Below, in pieces: positions 22,144-34,791 of a DNA stretch of 64,000 nt. The position numbers and the translations under genes were made by a program. The stretch's first letter is position 1, and every line of letters starts with the position of its first letter. Source of the stretch: Sarea resinae (Eukaryota); the NCBI GenBank assembly GCA_026026165.1, contig JAPEUD010000040.1:1-64000 (forward strand), written 5' to 3'. Below the pieces are notes generated by a model. That model was not told where the DNA came from. It ran no database searches and saw nothing but the letters and a program-made list of their open reading frames with translations.

Positions 22144-24200
22144 TCAAGCAACGGTCCCCTGGCTCACGCCGCTGCCAAACACCCTGTCGATCCTTGTTTT
22201 CCTCTCCCAGACAACCTCGCCTGCGCCGCCCTCGCCTTTTTTCTTGAAATACAAAATCCGGTGTTGTGGAATGAATTCCTCATCCGTCTGCTCCGTCTTC
22301 CATCTTTCCAGCGTCATCTCCCTGGCGCCCACGAATCGATCCTCATAGCCGACGATGTAGGTGCTCGGATCGAGGTTTGGATCCCAGCGCAAGCGGTTCA
22401 GGACATCGGAAGCGGGGCGAAGCTTGGACCTCGCTACGGGGGTGGATGAACGGACGAGTGTGGCGGGGCGGATAGGTAATTTATGAGGGGAACTCTGGAG
22501 CTCAAGGGTAGGAGAATGGTCGTCCTCATCATCGTCCGAGCCTTCTTCCTCGAGGTCTGTCGGAAAGTCACCCCATTCACGGTTGTCGAGGACAAGATAT
22601 TGCACTTCATCAGGCTTCACCAGCGAAATACCCACCCAGCTAGAGGTCTCGTCGTAGTGCTTTCGATCGCCCTGCATTTTGCTTAGGAATCGATCGAGGC
22701 ATTTGTCGAGCGTCTGCTGTGCGAAGATTTTGTCTTCTCTTTTTGCATCGGAGTGTGCGTCCTCGGTCTTGGATAGCCCGATAAGGTAGCACCCGTGGTA
22801 GTCGGCCTCGGAGGTATTGTCCGTGTCTCGGTCGGCGAAGCGTGCTGGCCATATCCTTATTGCCAGGCTGGGAAGACTTTTATAGAGATCTTACGTACTT
22901 AACAGATGGAGCAGAATAATGAAAAGGACTCACTTACCAGCAACAAGCAACGAGCATTGTGATTCTACCCAATTTACAAGGCGTTTGCCGTTGGAGGGCG
23001 AGCGGCCCCAGTATTTGGTGTCAAGCTTGGCATAGCTTTTATATGAATTTAGAAATCTCGAAACGCCAGGATTGGGAGTCGAGTTCTCGAACGAGCCAAA
23101 GAAGTCACCCCAACTGATATCGGGAACAGACAGGCGATCGATGGCCAGCTTGAATTCTCGGACTACTGTCTGTAAACCGGCGGCTGTCGTCGTGCGTGCG
23201 ACACTAGCGTTCGGGGGAGAAAAGCCTAGTATAACCATTGGATCTCTTGCGGTTCGATTATAGCGCGGCTTCCCCTGGTGGAAAAAAGCATCGAAGACCA
23301 TTGCATTTGCCCAATCGAATTTGGCGTAATAGTAAAAGAATGTCGTGACTAGATCAGCTGCTGTGACTGACCCTATATCATACGCAAGGCGCCTGCAAAC
23401 CCATGACAACATAAACGTTATTTGAGTACTGTCCATATATCCGAATTTGGAAGAGTAGACACCACGTTGGATCGCCCACAGTTTGATGCAACGATATGCT
23501 AAGCGGAAGGCCGAGAGAGAGGGAAGCGTGCGTAGGATATACGCAATGTCGCGGTAGGGCTTCAGTCGGCGGAGCGAGAGCAGGGGCAAATTGAACACGG
23601 GATCATTCGCCGGGAGATCATGAAACTCAGACCATCTAAACCATGTCAGTACAGATTTCGAACAGGACCTTGCTGTTAGTGTCATCGTAGAAATCTCGAT
23701 TCTTCTTACCTTTCGATCACCTTGGCCGCAGAACAATACTGAACCACCATGTGTACTCCCTTGACCAATAGTTCGAGCATCGTTCCTGTACTTGCTTCAA
23801 TCTTCCCCGTCCGAAGCAAATGAATACCTTGTCCTTCTGCTCGGCGTATCCGTTGTCGTGCCAGCATCCGAAACGTCTTCGAACTGATCGAGCCGATGCA
23901 GAGGCAATCCACGACCGACGCCGAAGTCCAGACACCGAGTGCATAGGACCCGACGGGGATGGTGACCATGGGAATGTCAAACGTGCTGGCGTCGCTGTTT
24001 GAAGAGGATCCTTGTAGGGCTGTCTTGAGCAAGTGAAAAGCCTCTCGTCGACGTTCTACCTCGTCATGGGTCGGAAACATTCCATGAGCGGACAACGTCG
24101 ACACAAGACTCGGATCCGAGAGCTGTCGGGATGCCTCCACATGCTTCATGGGATGCTGATGGAGAGCATCTACAATCACATCATCTCGCTGCATCATCAC
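22144..24200 (-). CDS. Poly(A) polymerase-like plus C-terminal MJ1316/DUF504 domain protein (N-terminus uncertain, possibly 5'-truncated)
   Basis: PVGSYALGV nucleotidyltransferase motif, IKLWAIQRGVYSSKFGY (PAP central), RIWPARF..YHGCYLIGL, and RPASDVLNRLRWD..VGYEDRF..IPQHRILYFK (MJ1316); introns near 23640-23710 and 22890-22937. Confidence 0.8.
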
Positions 24201-24765
24201 TGTAAGAGGTCGTTCAGATTATTACGGTCTTCGATGTTCCGATACCACGATAAAAGATCGCTGGCAATGATTGAAGAACACTTTTGTTTGATATTCGGAG
24301 TAATCTATGGGTCTAAGATATCTACCTATGATATCCAGGCATCTCAATGTCGCTGAGTCATTCTGATCGGGATGACTCTGCAGGATTGACTCCCACCGTG
24401 ACTCATAGGCCATCCATTACACCTGAGACTTGACACTTTGGCTTACTCGAGACGTGTGACAGTCTTCAAAGGGTCAATATGCCGACGCATATCATGTGTT
24501 GGCTTTGGCAGTCGCAAGTTCAAGACGCCTGAAATCTTGGGGTAGGTCAATTGCGCCTAACTGCAGGCATTTTATAAGGTAATATAAGGTAAGTGTAATA
24601 ACTACCGAGTAAGCTTCCTACCTTAGTAAATATGTATTCCCTAAGCCTATTTAGAGAAGCGGGAATAACAACATCTACACACGTCTGTAAGCACACTATC
24701 ATGAAATCTAACATCCAATTCTCTATCACACTTTCCCCTCCCCTTGCCAACACGACATCAATCAA

Positions 24766-26773
24766 TTAATCGAAATAGTGCGCGCACGTTGGCCAGCTTG
24801 TCGCATTCCCGTACGCCTCCCCCCCATACTCTAAATACCCCGCCGGCCCATACGGCTCCCTGCCCACCACAATATCCTCTCTCTCACCCATGACGAAAAC
24901 CGTCTGCATGCCCATCAGCATATGCTGCAGCACATGACAATGGACCATCTAAACGCCCGGGTCTGAGACCCTGAGCCTCCAAGCGCGCCACCCCAACTCA
25001 GTACCAGGCGCCTCCACCCGCGGAATATACCGATACACGACAGTGGTATCGCGTTTTACGGGCTGCGCGTTTTGGGCAGCGAGACGGGCTTCGTTGGCGA
25101 CGGCGTCGTAGGTGCCGTTGCCACCACCCAGATCAAAGTAGTGCCCGCCGTGCGCGTGGAAGGGGTGCGTGTCCAGCCCGCCGTTGGTGGCGGCGGCATT
25201 CTGGAGCACGATCTCGAGCACTTCGTTCATCTTGCAGGGGTAGGTGCGTGTGGTCGTGTCTAGGCCCGCGTTGGCGAGAGCAGCGTTGTAGGCCGCCGCG
25301 AAGGGGTACGTGGATTCGTAGATGGAGACGAGGTAGGGTGTTGAGGGGAAGGAGGCCGTCCAGGGGACGCCTTCGCCTGAGTTGCTGCTTGTATTCGGCG
25401 AGAGACCGCCTTGTAGCCATACGAGGTAGTCTGGGTCCGTGGCCGTTTTCGTTATGTTTTGGTGCATGCGGATCGTGATGCGCCGGGTTACTTCGCTGAG
25501 GGTGGGGAAGTCGGGGGACGGTGTTAGGGGCTGGAGAGCGTAGTCTAGCCAGCCGGGGACGGTGGAGGCGATAGGGAGGGGGGGTGGGGAGGGGACCGTG
25601 ATGAGGTCCGGGCTGGTTGTGCTGGTATTGTAGGTGAGGGCGGCGAAGAAGGTGCTCGTGATAGGGCGCTCGAGCGTCGTGAGTTGAAAGTAGAACTGCG
25701 TGGTCCCATTCAATTCGTCCAGGGTTCGGGTTTGCAGCAAGACGTCGAAGCGCTGCCCCGATGCAATTTGCAGGATGCTGGTGTTGTACGGCTGCGTGTA
25801 TTTCCCGTCTGCGGCAATGATCGCGAACGCGTGGTCTTGCAGCGCGAGCGACACGAACGACAGCGCTGTCGCGCCAATAAACCGCAGTCGATATACCTTC
25901 CCTGGATCCACATCGATGGAAGCGAGTTGGCATTCTCCGGTGGCGTTGCTGGCGGTCCGTCCTTGGCCGTTTACTAGCACGGCGTCTGTCTCGCCGCTCC
26001 ACGAGAAGTTGGTTGAAGTGAGCCCTCGCTCGATCTCGGCATCTGTTTTGGCGAAGAAGTCGGAGAGGTAGATGATGCGCTCGTCGTCGTACTCGTGAGG
26101 GATCGTATTGGTGGTGGTGGTAGCGGTGGCGTTGGTAGATGGCGGTTCAGAGATGATGAGCGGGCCCGAGGCAGACACGGCTTGGAACCCGACGTGCGAG
26201 TGGTAGAAGTATGTCCCTGCGTAGCCCTCCTCGGCGTGGATCTCGTAGTCGAAGAAATGCGAGGGGGGAATGGGCCATTGGCTTGCGAGGGGAGTTCCGT
26301 CGGAGAAGGGGGCCACCATCATCGTGAGACCATGCCAGTGCTGTTTCGATGATCAGTCTTTCTCCTCAAAATTTTCGCGCGCATTGTACGTGGTCCAGAT
26401 CAAGGATGTTAAAAAAAAGAGAAGTCAGAGTAATTGACTCGTTCAAAACGTCTAATGAGATCTAGATTTAAATTACCATCGTCAGATTCAGGTCCTCCAT
26501 GTCGTTGTACACGCGAATCCACGACGTTGTGCCTTCTTGCAGCCGGATTTCGGGTCCGGGTGACGAGCCATTGATAATGGTCGAGTAGCGCTCGTAACAT
26601 GCTTGGCTGAAATTTTGCGCCGTCACACGCAGGACGAAATCGGGGGTGAAGGATGCGTCGTGCGTGTGGATAGAGGTGTCTGCTGCCGCGAAGCCCAGCA
26701 GTAGCAGCGCCAGCAGCAGCATCAGCAGCAGCAGCGCGAAGGGGGCGTTTGCGGTGAGAGACGGGCAAATCAT
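24766..26773 (-). pseudogene. Secreted multicopper oxidase (fungal ascorbate oxidase-like, AA1) with an in-frame stop before the last Cu motif
   Basis: Signal peptide; HWH (after intron), YFYHSH, HPFHAHGGH and HCHVLQHM; PGV-TAG-MVHCH at 24949-24951 where W is expected. Confidence 0.85.
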
Positions 26774-27687
26774 GGTGCGAACGAAGAGGATGATGAGGTT
26801 CCCCGCCGGCGTTGTCGTTGTCGATATGCAGCCATCTTCGGGGCATTGAAAGCTTCTCGAAGCAGGCCAGCCCCAGATGCTTCATCCCCAACCCGATTCG
26901 ACTTTTGCTTGCGGCCGGAAAGGTCCCCTGTCGTTTGCACCCTGCTCATTCTGTCAAGGAACGCCCCAACGTCACGATCTCACCCCTGGTGGGTAGCCAC
27001 TAACGCGATCGAGTCAATAAAAGCCGAAAGAGTCGAAGAGGCTGAAAAGCTTCGAGTACTCTAGTGCTGCCAACACGCGAGACTAGGCTAGGGCTGACTG
27101 CACTTCAGGGATGGGTCTCCCTCGGTTCCCCGTCGGCCCTCCCTTGAAGCGTGTCGCTTGGAGATTTGATTCGGTTTGATGCCGATTCCAAGTCGATGAG
27201 GCCGAATGGGCGGGGGAGATCCCACACGTGCATCCAACTTGTTTCCATACGGAGTACGAAGTAATGGGGTGCGTTCAGGTCGCTCGCTCGTAACTTCGTA
27301 CTCCGTAATACGGTACCTGCCTTATCCATTTATTCGGGTTCGGATCGGGTAGGGGCCTCGGCCCTCAGCTGCATGACGTACAGGGTAGTACAGGGTAACA
27401 GATTGGATTGACCATCATTATTGATCCGAGATTGGAGAAATATCACCCAGCATTTATCAACCACCGGCCATCGATTTTTCCGACGATCACGGTATCCACG
27501 ATCGACTGCACTGGGCTTCGGCATCACGCGTACGGCAGCGAGAGATTCTGATCGTGGTCCAATCTCCCAGCGTCCACGGTGCTCTCTCCTCACGATCCCG
27601 ACAACCGCTCGCGTATGAGTCGGGCCATCCTGGGGTCAGTGCCCAGGATAACAGCTTCATAGTCCTATCGCGTCCTCCAACCGCCGA

Positions 27688-29495
27688 ATGAGGGTTTGCG
27701 AAGCCCGCGCTCTTCTTCGACGATGGAAAGCCCCGTACCACTCCGATCGAGGCACACGATCGTATGGTATGCAGCGGAGGACGGGCTCGAGGGACTGGAT
27801 GTCGGCCAATTGTAAGTGCATTGCCACTATCGTTGTTGCTTCGACTATAAGGATAGAGGTCTCGATCCCCACAAATATACGAGCGGTCGATGGCTTTGCC
27901 AGGACGGATTGCAACGGAACTCGAGATACATCGCATTTGATTTCGACGCGCTAGGTCGGAGGGTCATCGAACTTTGTCCCGGCGCAAAGGCCATCACCAG
28001 CTATGACAAGAAGGAAGGGGGTTTCAATCGGGTTTTTATAATAGCCACAGACAATGGAAAACGTGTCGTGGCGAGAGTACCCTTCGCGATGTCTGGGCCG
28101 CCGAGGTTGACAACCCATTCCGAAGTGGCCACCATCAAATATCGTGAGTCCGAGTAAAAATCCCATTCTGTAAGCACAGCTCGAGGTCTGACAGAACATG
28201 ACGATACCAGTACAGGCGAACACCAGCATACCCATCCCACAGATCCTTGACTGGAGTGACGATCGCGCAAATGCTATTGGGACCGAATACATCATTATGG
28301 AGCATGCCGCGGGTGTCCATCTGCACCAGCGATGGCCGACGATGACGGGAGACCAACGGATCAAATTTATGGACTCGATCTACCGGAAGATGAGAGAGAC
28401 GGTCGACTTCAAATTGCCCGCGTACGGGAGCATATATCAAAACAACGGGCCTATTGAATCTTCTCTTAGAATACCTCTGGACGGGCTATTTTGCATCGGA
28501 CCTCATATTGGAACGAGGTATTGGGACTGTAATACTGGAGAATCCCGATACCACCACATTAAGAGCCCAGACCCTGGACCTTGTAAGGCTACTCCACCTA
28601 CTGACCCTGCGAAGTCTGCTAAAAGCCGGCTTGAGAGACTAACCTTGCGGTGTTTTGTGATATTTTAATCGATACTGGTCTGTCGAGGATACCCTCCAAC
28701 GATCGTATCACACACAAGCGACCTGCGTATCAAGGGGCCATCGAGGACCATATCCAACTGCTCGAGTCCGGTCGCGATGTACTAAAGAAGATGGCTCAAG
28801 CAGCTCAGATCCAAGGAGCGGCAGCGCCTGTGTTGTTTCACCCGGATCTGCATAAGAGGAATATTTTTGTCTCTGAGGATGACCCCACCGTTATCACAGC
28901 TACCATCGATTGGCAGTCATCAAGTATTGAACCGGAGTTCTGATATGCGGATGAAATACCAGACTTCGTGCCTCACAATCCCCACTCATCCGTGGAAAAT
29001 GAGCTCGAGCCAGATGAGCAGCACTATGTGAAAGCATTCAACGTTTGCTCTCTGTACCTTGTCCCCAAAGTCACAAAACCGAGATTGCTCGATGAAGGCC
29101 TGCTGCGTCCGTTCCGCTATTGCCATCGGACATGGAGGGATGGCGCTGTGGCCTTTCGTCACGAGCTCATCGAAACCTCCAAGCACTGGTCGGATCTCGG
29201 TCTCGAAGGCTCGTGTCCTTTTCCCTTACCCACGGCTTCAGATCTAGCTGCCCACCAGAAGGAGTACCGAATGTTTGAGGCCGCACAGGAGCTGAAAAGC
29301 AATGTGTCGATCTTGTTAAACACTGCTTCTGATGGGTGGGTTCCAGTGGAAGACTTTGAAGCAACTGAGATTGCGCACAAGGAGTTATTTGAGGCAATGC
29401 TGGAAGCGGTTTTAACGAACGAAAATCCCGGAGACGATGAGCCGATACAATCGGAGGGAGATCTCAAGGCAATCTGGCCTTTTGATCTCTCATGA
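27688..29495 (+). pseudogene. APH/choline kinase-like phosphotransferase (Aim9-like) with an in-frame TGA
   Basis: YTSGRWL, EGGFNRVF, SEVATI, IGTEYIIMEHA, LFHPDLHKRNIFV and IDWQ; EF-TGA-YADE at 28941-28943; start uncertain. Confidence 0.75.
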
Positions 29496-30140
29496 TGTCC
29501 GCCACGATGGCAATAGGACTCCCAGCAAATCTTTCCTAACAGCACGACCAGAAGTGTATATCTATCTCAGGACAGCCTCAAGCTGAAACCGCCCTAGAAC
29601 TGTCACGCTGTCCAAAAACCAGACTTGGTATTAAAGACTTCTGTCAGCCTTGACAGAATGCGTCAGATGCTCTAAGAGTGTTAGACCCAAGCTGCGAATT
29701 ACAATCTTATGCCACTCAATAATAGCAGCCTATCTGCTTCTCTTAAGATTCTCTCCGGAGGTCGCGGTAAAGCTAGATCTAAAGCGCCTGTCTACCAGCA
29801 GCTGATTGGTCTCCGAGAGTATATAAGGCATTTAATTATCTATCTAGATAGTCTAATATAAGAGACTAGATCTAATATTTAAACCCTGAAATTCTATAAG
29901 AGGGTCTTACTCAAAACGACTTAAAATCCTCAAACGTCATGCTAGAAGCATATGACATTCCAGTTCTCATTAATTTTGACTCGTGTCCCAGGGATAGGGA
30001 TGAAATGGGTCCAAAGCAGGAAGAAGAGACTGGACTGTGAAGAATAGCGAGCGTGCAGATAGGGGTCTCTCAGTGACTGAACAGTCTTGCATCCACCTGC
30101 TCTTACTACTCTTCAAGCTTGGAAAAGGACGTCAAAAGTG

Positions 30141-30615
30141 CTATCCATTTGGCGGAAGACAGTGGCTCGTTGTACTCGGCTCGTCTTCTAGATAGATCTT
30201 TTCACCACGAACGATTATGTACTTTCTGATCGTGTCATTTTTAACAAAGGCATCCAACCTTCTCTCGGCATCCGTCATCAAAGCATACACGGCCTGCAAC
30301 GACGTTGGCAAAACGCTTCGGCTCTTCGTAAATATCAAATCCTTCCGGACCATAAGGACCTGATCGATCAAACACCCAGAGCCAGATCAGAATTACGCAG
30401 ATCGTGAACGCGTGGAAAAATTGACGTCCCGGTTGACTCCCGAATACTTCGCGCACATAGCCAGCCAGCTGTACGGTGTTATAATGTGTTCGGCGATCGG
30501 TCTTCATCCGGATTTGATCTGTATGCTCTGTTGATAAACACATTGGACCAGTCGTATTCGTTACTAGACAGAGTGGCATCGGTGGAAGAAAGGAAGTGAT
30601 CAAGCTTCCGACCAC
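30141..30615 (-). pseudogene. Fungal-type protein kinase (FunK1) relic
   Basis: QLAGYVREVFGSQPGRQFFHAFTIC and LWVFDRSG are typical of the N-terminal part of this family; frameshifted; no kinase core visible. Confidence 0.7.
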
Positions 30616-31022
30616 CTCAGAGCCACCGCTGAGCCACTAGAACCCCGCCAAACCCGCCAAAACCCGCCAAAAACCACTAGACTCCACTAACCTCCACGAG
30701 ACATCACTACCTAATCCCCATCGACAGCGAGCGGCGCAGGGTCAAGATAGAAGCGGCTAGTAAAGGCGAGAATACGAGAGGCCAGGCCACATTCACTAAG
30801 GCTCGCCCGGGGCCCAGATCGGACACCTGTGTGTCAGGCACCCACCAGCCCACCAGCCCGCCATGTCAGCCTTGCTAGGCACCCGCCCGCCTGCAATTCT
30901 CCACACGTGTCTACGCGCAGATAAGAGCGCGCGACACCGACTCTTCCGATGCTGCTCTAAGAACAACAAGCATAGGCTCCGTTCGTCGTATTCAACAAAA
31001 ACACATCACGATTTGATCCAGG

Positions 31023-33149
31023 ATGGATCAGACCGATCAGATGACGGATAGGCCTCACAAGATGGGTCGTTTCGATCTGCCAGGCTTTACATTACCTCTC
31101 AATTGGGCTCCACATGAGTCGTTCAAGACTTTTGAATACGAGTATGACAAAAACGACATCATCGGGATCATCGAGATCGATCATCCTGCGGTAGGCGGCG
31201 GCTGCAACTTGCTCCCCAATGCACTCCACAGAGACGACGCTCTGAGGCATGCATGACGCACTGAATCCTAACGCATAACCTTTACTAAGTGTTTCAGTCT
31301 GCCTCTCACGACCCTTCGCGAGCTCAGCATGTTACAGCTGATGAATTCGATTACCGACAAGCCTGATTGGGATCGAAAGGTAGATTGTCTCTTCTTTCTG
31401 AGGCCAGCAACTGACAAACCAGGTGTTTGACGAAGAGATCACCAGCAAGTGGAAAACTGAGGCACTCGCCTTGGAAGATTACGACTTCACGCAGGCCATG
31501 GTCGACTGGGTTGTAGAAGAGCTCAAGTACAAAGCAGAAATCTTCCGGGCCACTGGCGCTGTTCCCGTCTATAATGGAGACGTAGTCAAGTCTGACTCGG
31601 CCGTCTCGGAGTCAATCAAGATAATGCTCAAGGCTGCGGCTGCGAAGCTCGAGAACATCCCGGAACCGTATAAGGATTACCACCCAGGCTCTGACGGAAA
31701 AGTCCTTGATCTGGTTCATCCTTCCCTATGCCCACTTGTCTACGGTCGAAGCAGAATACTCCCCAACAGCCTCGTTGATCTGGACAATTGCATCGAATTG
31801 TCCGGAACGGGCAGTATCATCTCGGTACCGCGCGACGAAGACGCCGAAGCTACAACGAAGTCGGATCTTTATAATACGAGAGGGAGTTCTGCCGCTCCGT
31901 ATAGCAAGAAATTCCAATGGCTGCCCTGCGACGTTCAAATCAAAGACGGAAGGTCAGATGCACACATGAATTCGACGCACGAAGCCTCAACAGGACCTGC
32001 GGAGATGCAGAATTTTCATTGCCGCATCACCAGCTACATCAACAACCTACATCCGGAGAAGCACAAAGACCTTTACGTAGCAATCGAACATCTAATTGCT
32101 CGAGCGATTCCCCTGTGGGATATGGCGCTCAGCCCGCTGATCGACCAGACTTACTCAACCAGGATCAAGTATGATTCATGTGAATATGACCGGGAGCTCG
32201 AGGACTATCCCGACGACCAAAAACCTCAACGACAACCGAATGAGACGGAAGATGAGTATGAGGAGAGGCTGGAACACTGGTACGAAAGCGTCAGACAAGT
32301 GAAACAACCGGAGCCCGAAGAGTTCACGCCAGACGGTCAGATCGAGTACTTTCACCAGCGGTACTGCGAGATTGACAACTATCCGACGGATGGATCAGAC
32401 ATGAACCTTCGAGAACAATATCGCGAAAGTGGGTTGCAGGTAATCGTCAAGCTTGCAAACATACATCTGACCCCTGAGAAGCCCGAGTATGAGGGCGGTA
32501 CTTGGCACGTCGAGGGCCAACTGGTAAGTCATGTTTGAGCGATTTTTGAATCAAGACTGAGGTGCGGTAGAATGAGCACATCTGCGCTACGGCCTTGTAC
32601 TATTACGATAGCCATAACATCACCGAAAGTCGGCTGGCATTCCGTCAGATGAGCAAGGAATCGGATGCTTCGGGTGTCGACTACATGCAGGAACAACACG
32701 ACTGGCTGGATGAGGTTTTTGGCTGCAGCCAAAACGAGCCGGCCGTCCAGTCAGTCGGAGATGTGCTTTGTAGAGAAGGCCGCCTCCTTACCTTCCCCAA
32801 CATTTTGCAGCATCGCGTCAGCCCGTTTCGGCTCGAAGATGCAACAAAACCAGGCCACCGCAAGATCGTCGCGCTGTTCCTTGTCGATCCAAACATTCGT
32901 GTCATCTCTACGGCGAACGTCCCACCACAGCAGCGCGAGTGGTGGAGCGAGCACATTCGTTCAACTGGGAGATTCCAGCAACTGTCTCCCGAGCTTCAGG
33001 ACGAGGTCTTCAAGGCTGTCGAGGACTTTCCGATCGGCATGGACGAGGCGAAGGAGCTCCGTCTCGAATTGATGGAGGAACGGAAGAAGTTTGTCGTCAA
33101 CCAGGATCAGAATTTCACCTCGCAGACTTTCTCGCTGTGCGAGCATTAG
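31023..33149 (+). CDS. DUF4246 family protein (2OG-Fe(II) oxygenase-like fold)
   Basis: DYHPGSDGKVLDLVHPSL, FQWLP, SYINNLHP, LQVIVKLANIHLTPEKPEY.GG.WHVEG, GRLLTFPNILQHRV and GHRKIVALFLVDP; 3 probable introns. Confidence 0.88.
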
Positions 33150-33390
33150 CTTTCTCGGGTCGAAATTGTTCTCGTAGTGGTGTGTCTATGGTCGTTCTAG
33201 ATCCGCCGTTTTTGGCCTTCTAGATCGGCTTTAGCTACAGCATGCGAGTCCATCAAATAATAAATATCGTTGGAACGGATCGTGAGATCAGAAATAGCAG
33301 ATACAGAATTGGCTTGTACCTACCGCGCAGGACTTCACCTCAAGACGAATCAAGACGCAATCAAAGACTAGTGCATTGAGTAATTCGAGC

Positions 33391-34434
33391 TCATAGATGG
33401 TGCCCAATCCACTCCCACCAATTCGCCACATCCGGCCCCTCAGCCCCCGTGACATTCCCCCCCACAACCTGCACAGAGACATTGACTTCTTCCATCTGCG
33501 AGAAATCAAATTTCCCCTCCCCACCATCCCCAAGCCACTCCTTTTCTTCCTCGACATCGGCATCTCCCATGCCAATGCCTGAATCCAGCAGCCCCTTTGC
33601 ACGTGAGCTCCGCACCCTAGTGATCTCCGCCTCCAATGCCGTCTTCACCAACGGGGCGGGCAACGCCGTGAAGAGGTCCAGCTTGTTGGCAGCAATCAGC
33701 ACGGGCATCTCCACTGGGGCGCGTGATGCCTTCGAGCTCGAGGCGCGTTGCTGTAGAAGCAGTAAGACGTCGTGCAGGTATTCGGCCGCTTCTCGCAGCC
33801 CCTCATCCGCCTTGCTACTTGATCCGCCAGACGACAGACTCGCAGCGTCAACAACGAAGATGATTCCTTTGAGGTGCTGGGGCTGCACTATGCTGTCCAG
33901 CGCATGATGTCGTAGTTTGCCATGCCCGGGGGTATCGACGAGCAGAAATTTCTTGTGGACGAGTAGCGCGGGGTCATTATCGGAGCGGTATTTTGACGAC
34001 GCAGTCGCATTGACGGAGAGAGAGACTTCGACGCTCAGGGGCGTTTGGGAAGTATGCGTCGCTGCAGGGGTACCACGTTCAAACTGTGATGTAACATGGG
34101 TCGTCAGCAATTGGGAAAGCCTTGCGCGATTGCGCTATAGTCGTTGAGAGATCCGGCTCACCAAGGTTAGAAGAGCGGTCTTTCCTGCACCTTTGGGACC
34201 GATCAGAAGAAATGAAGGCAGGTTCGTGGAGGTTGTAGAGCGGAAGATGAAGTGGTGCAAGAAGATGGGGAGGAAGAGAACGACGCAGGTGGTCAAGAGA
34301 ATGATGGTGGGGGATGGGTGGAGAAGCCCCGTTAGCCAGTGTTCGGGGTGATGCCAATCCATCCTGGAGGAGGGAATCGAGGAGGTGAACAGGGGCAATG
34401 TGGTGGTGGTGATGGCGACGGAGATGGCACTCAT
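33391..34434 (-). CDS. SRP102: Signal recognition particle receptor beta subunit
   Basis: N-terminal TM helix, P-loop GPKGAGKT, DTPGHGKLR, IIFVVDA and LIAANKLDLF; one intron at ~34087-34162. Confidence 0.92.
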
Positions 34435-34791
34435 CGTTGCGTTGCGTTGTCGTGTCGTGTGGAGTTGAGAGGTATATATTATTGATGGCTGCGATATGTA
34501 CGAAGTTACGAAGATGTCGTCGCAGGCAATATGGTTGTCGATGTACCCGTACTTTGTACTTGGAGCTGCATGGGTATAGTGGCTTAGTATCGTGGCGGAG
34601 CTGTCGGTACATGTACTTCGTACTTAGCTTCATACTCGATCCATGAAGCTCGAACCTCTCTCTCTATCTCCGTCTCTGTCTGTACTTTAGAGGAGAGATC
34701 TCCCCAACCCTCTACGACTCCACAACTCCAGTCCTAGCTACTGTCTCGTCTCGCTCCATGATGGCACCAGCATAATCGAGTCTCCCGTGCC

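Noticed and set aside
20556..26773. Secondary-metabolite cluster (FSH1 esterase plus multicopper oxidase)
   Set aside because: No PKS/NRPS, transporter or cluster regulator nearby, and the intervening gene is unrelated.
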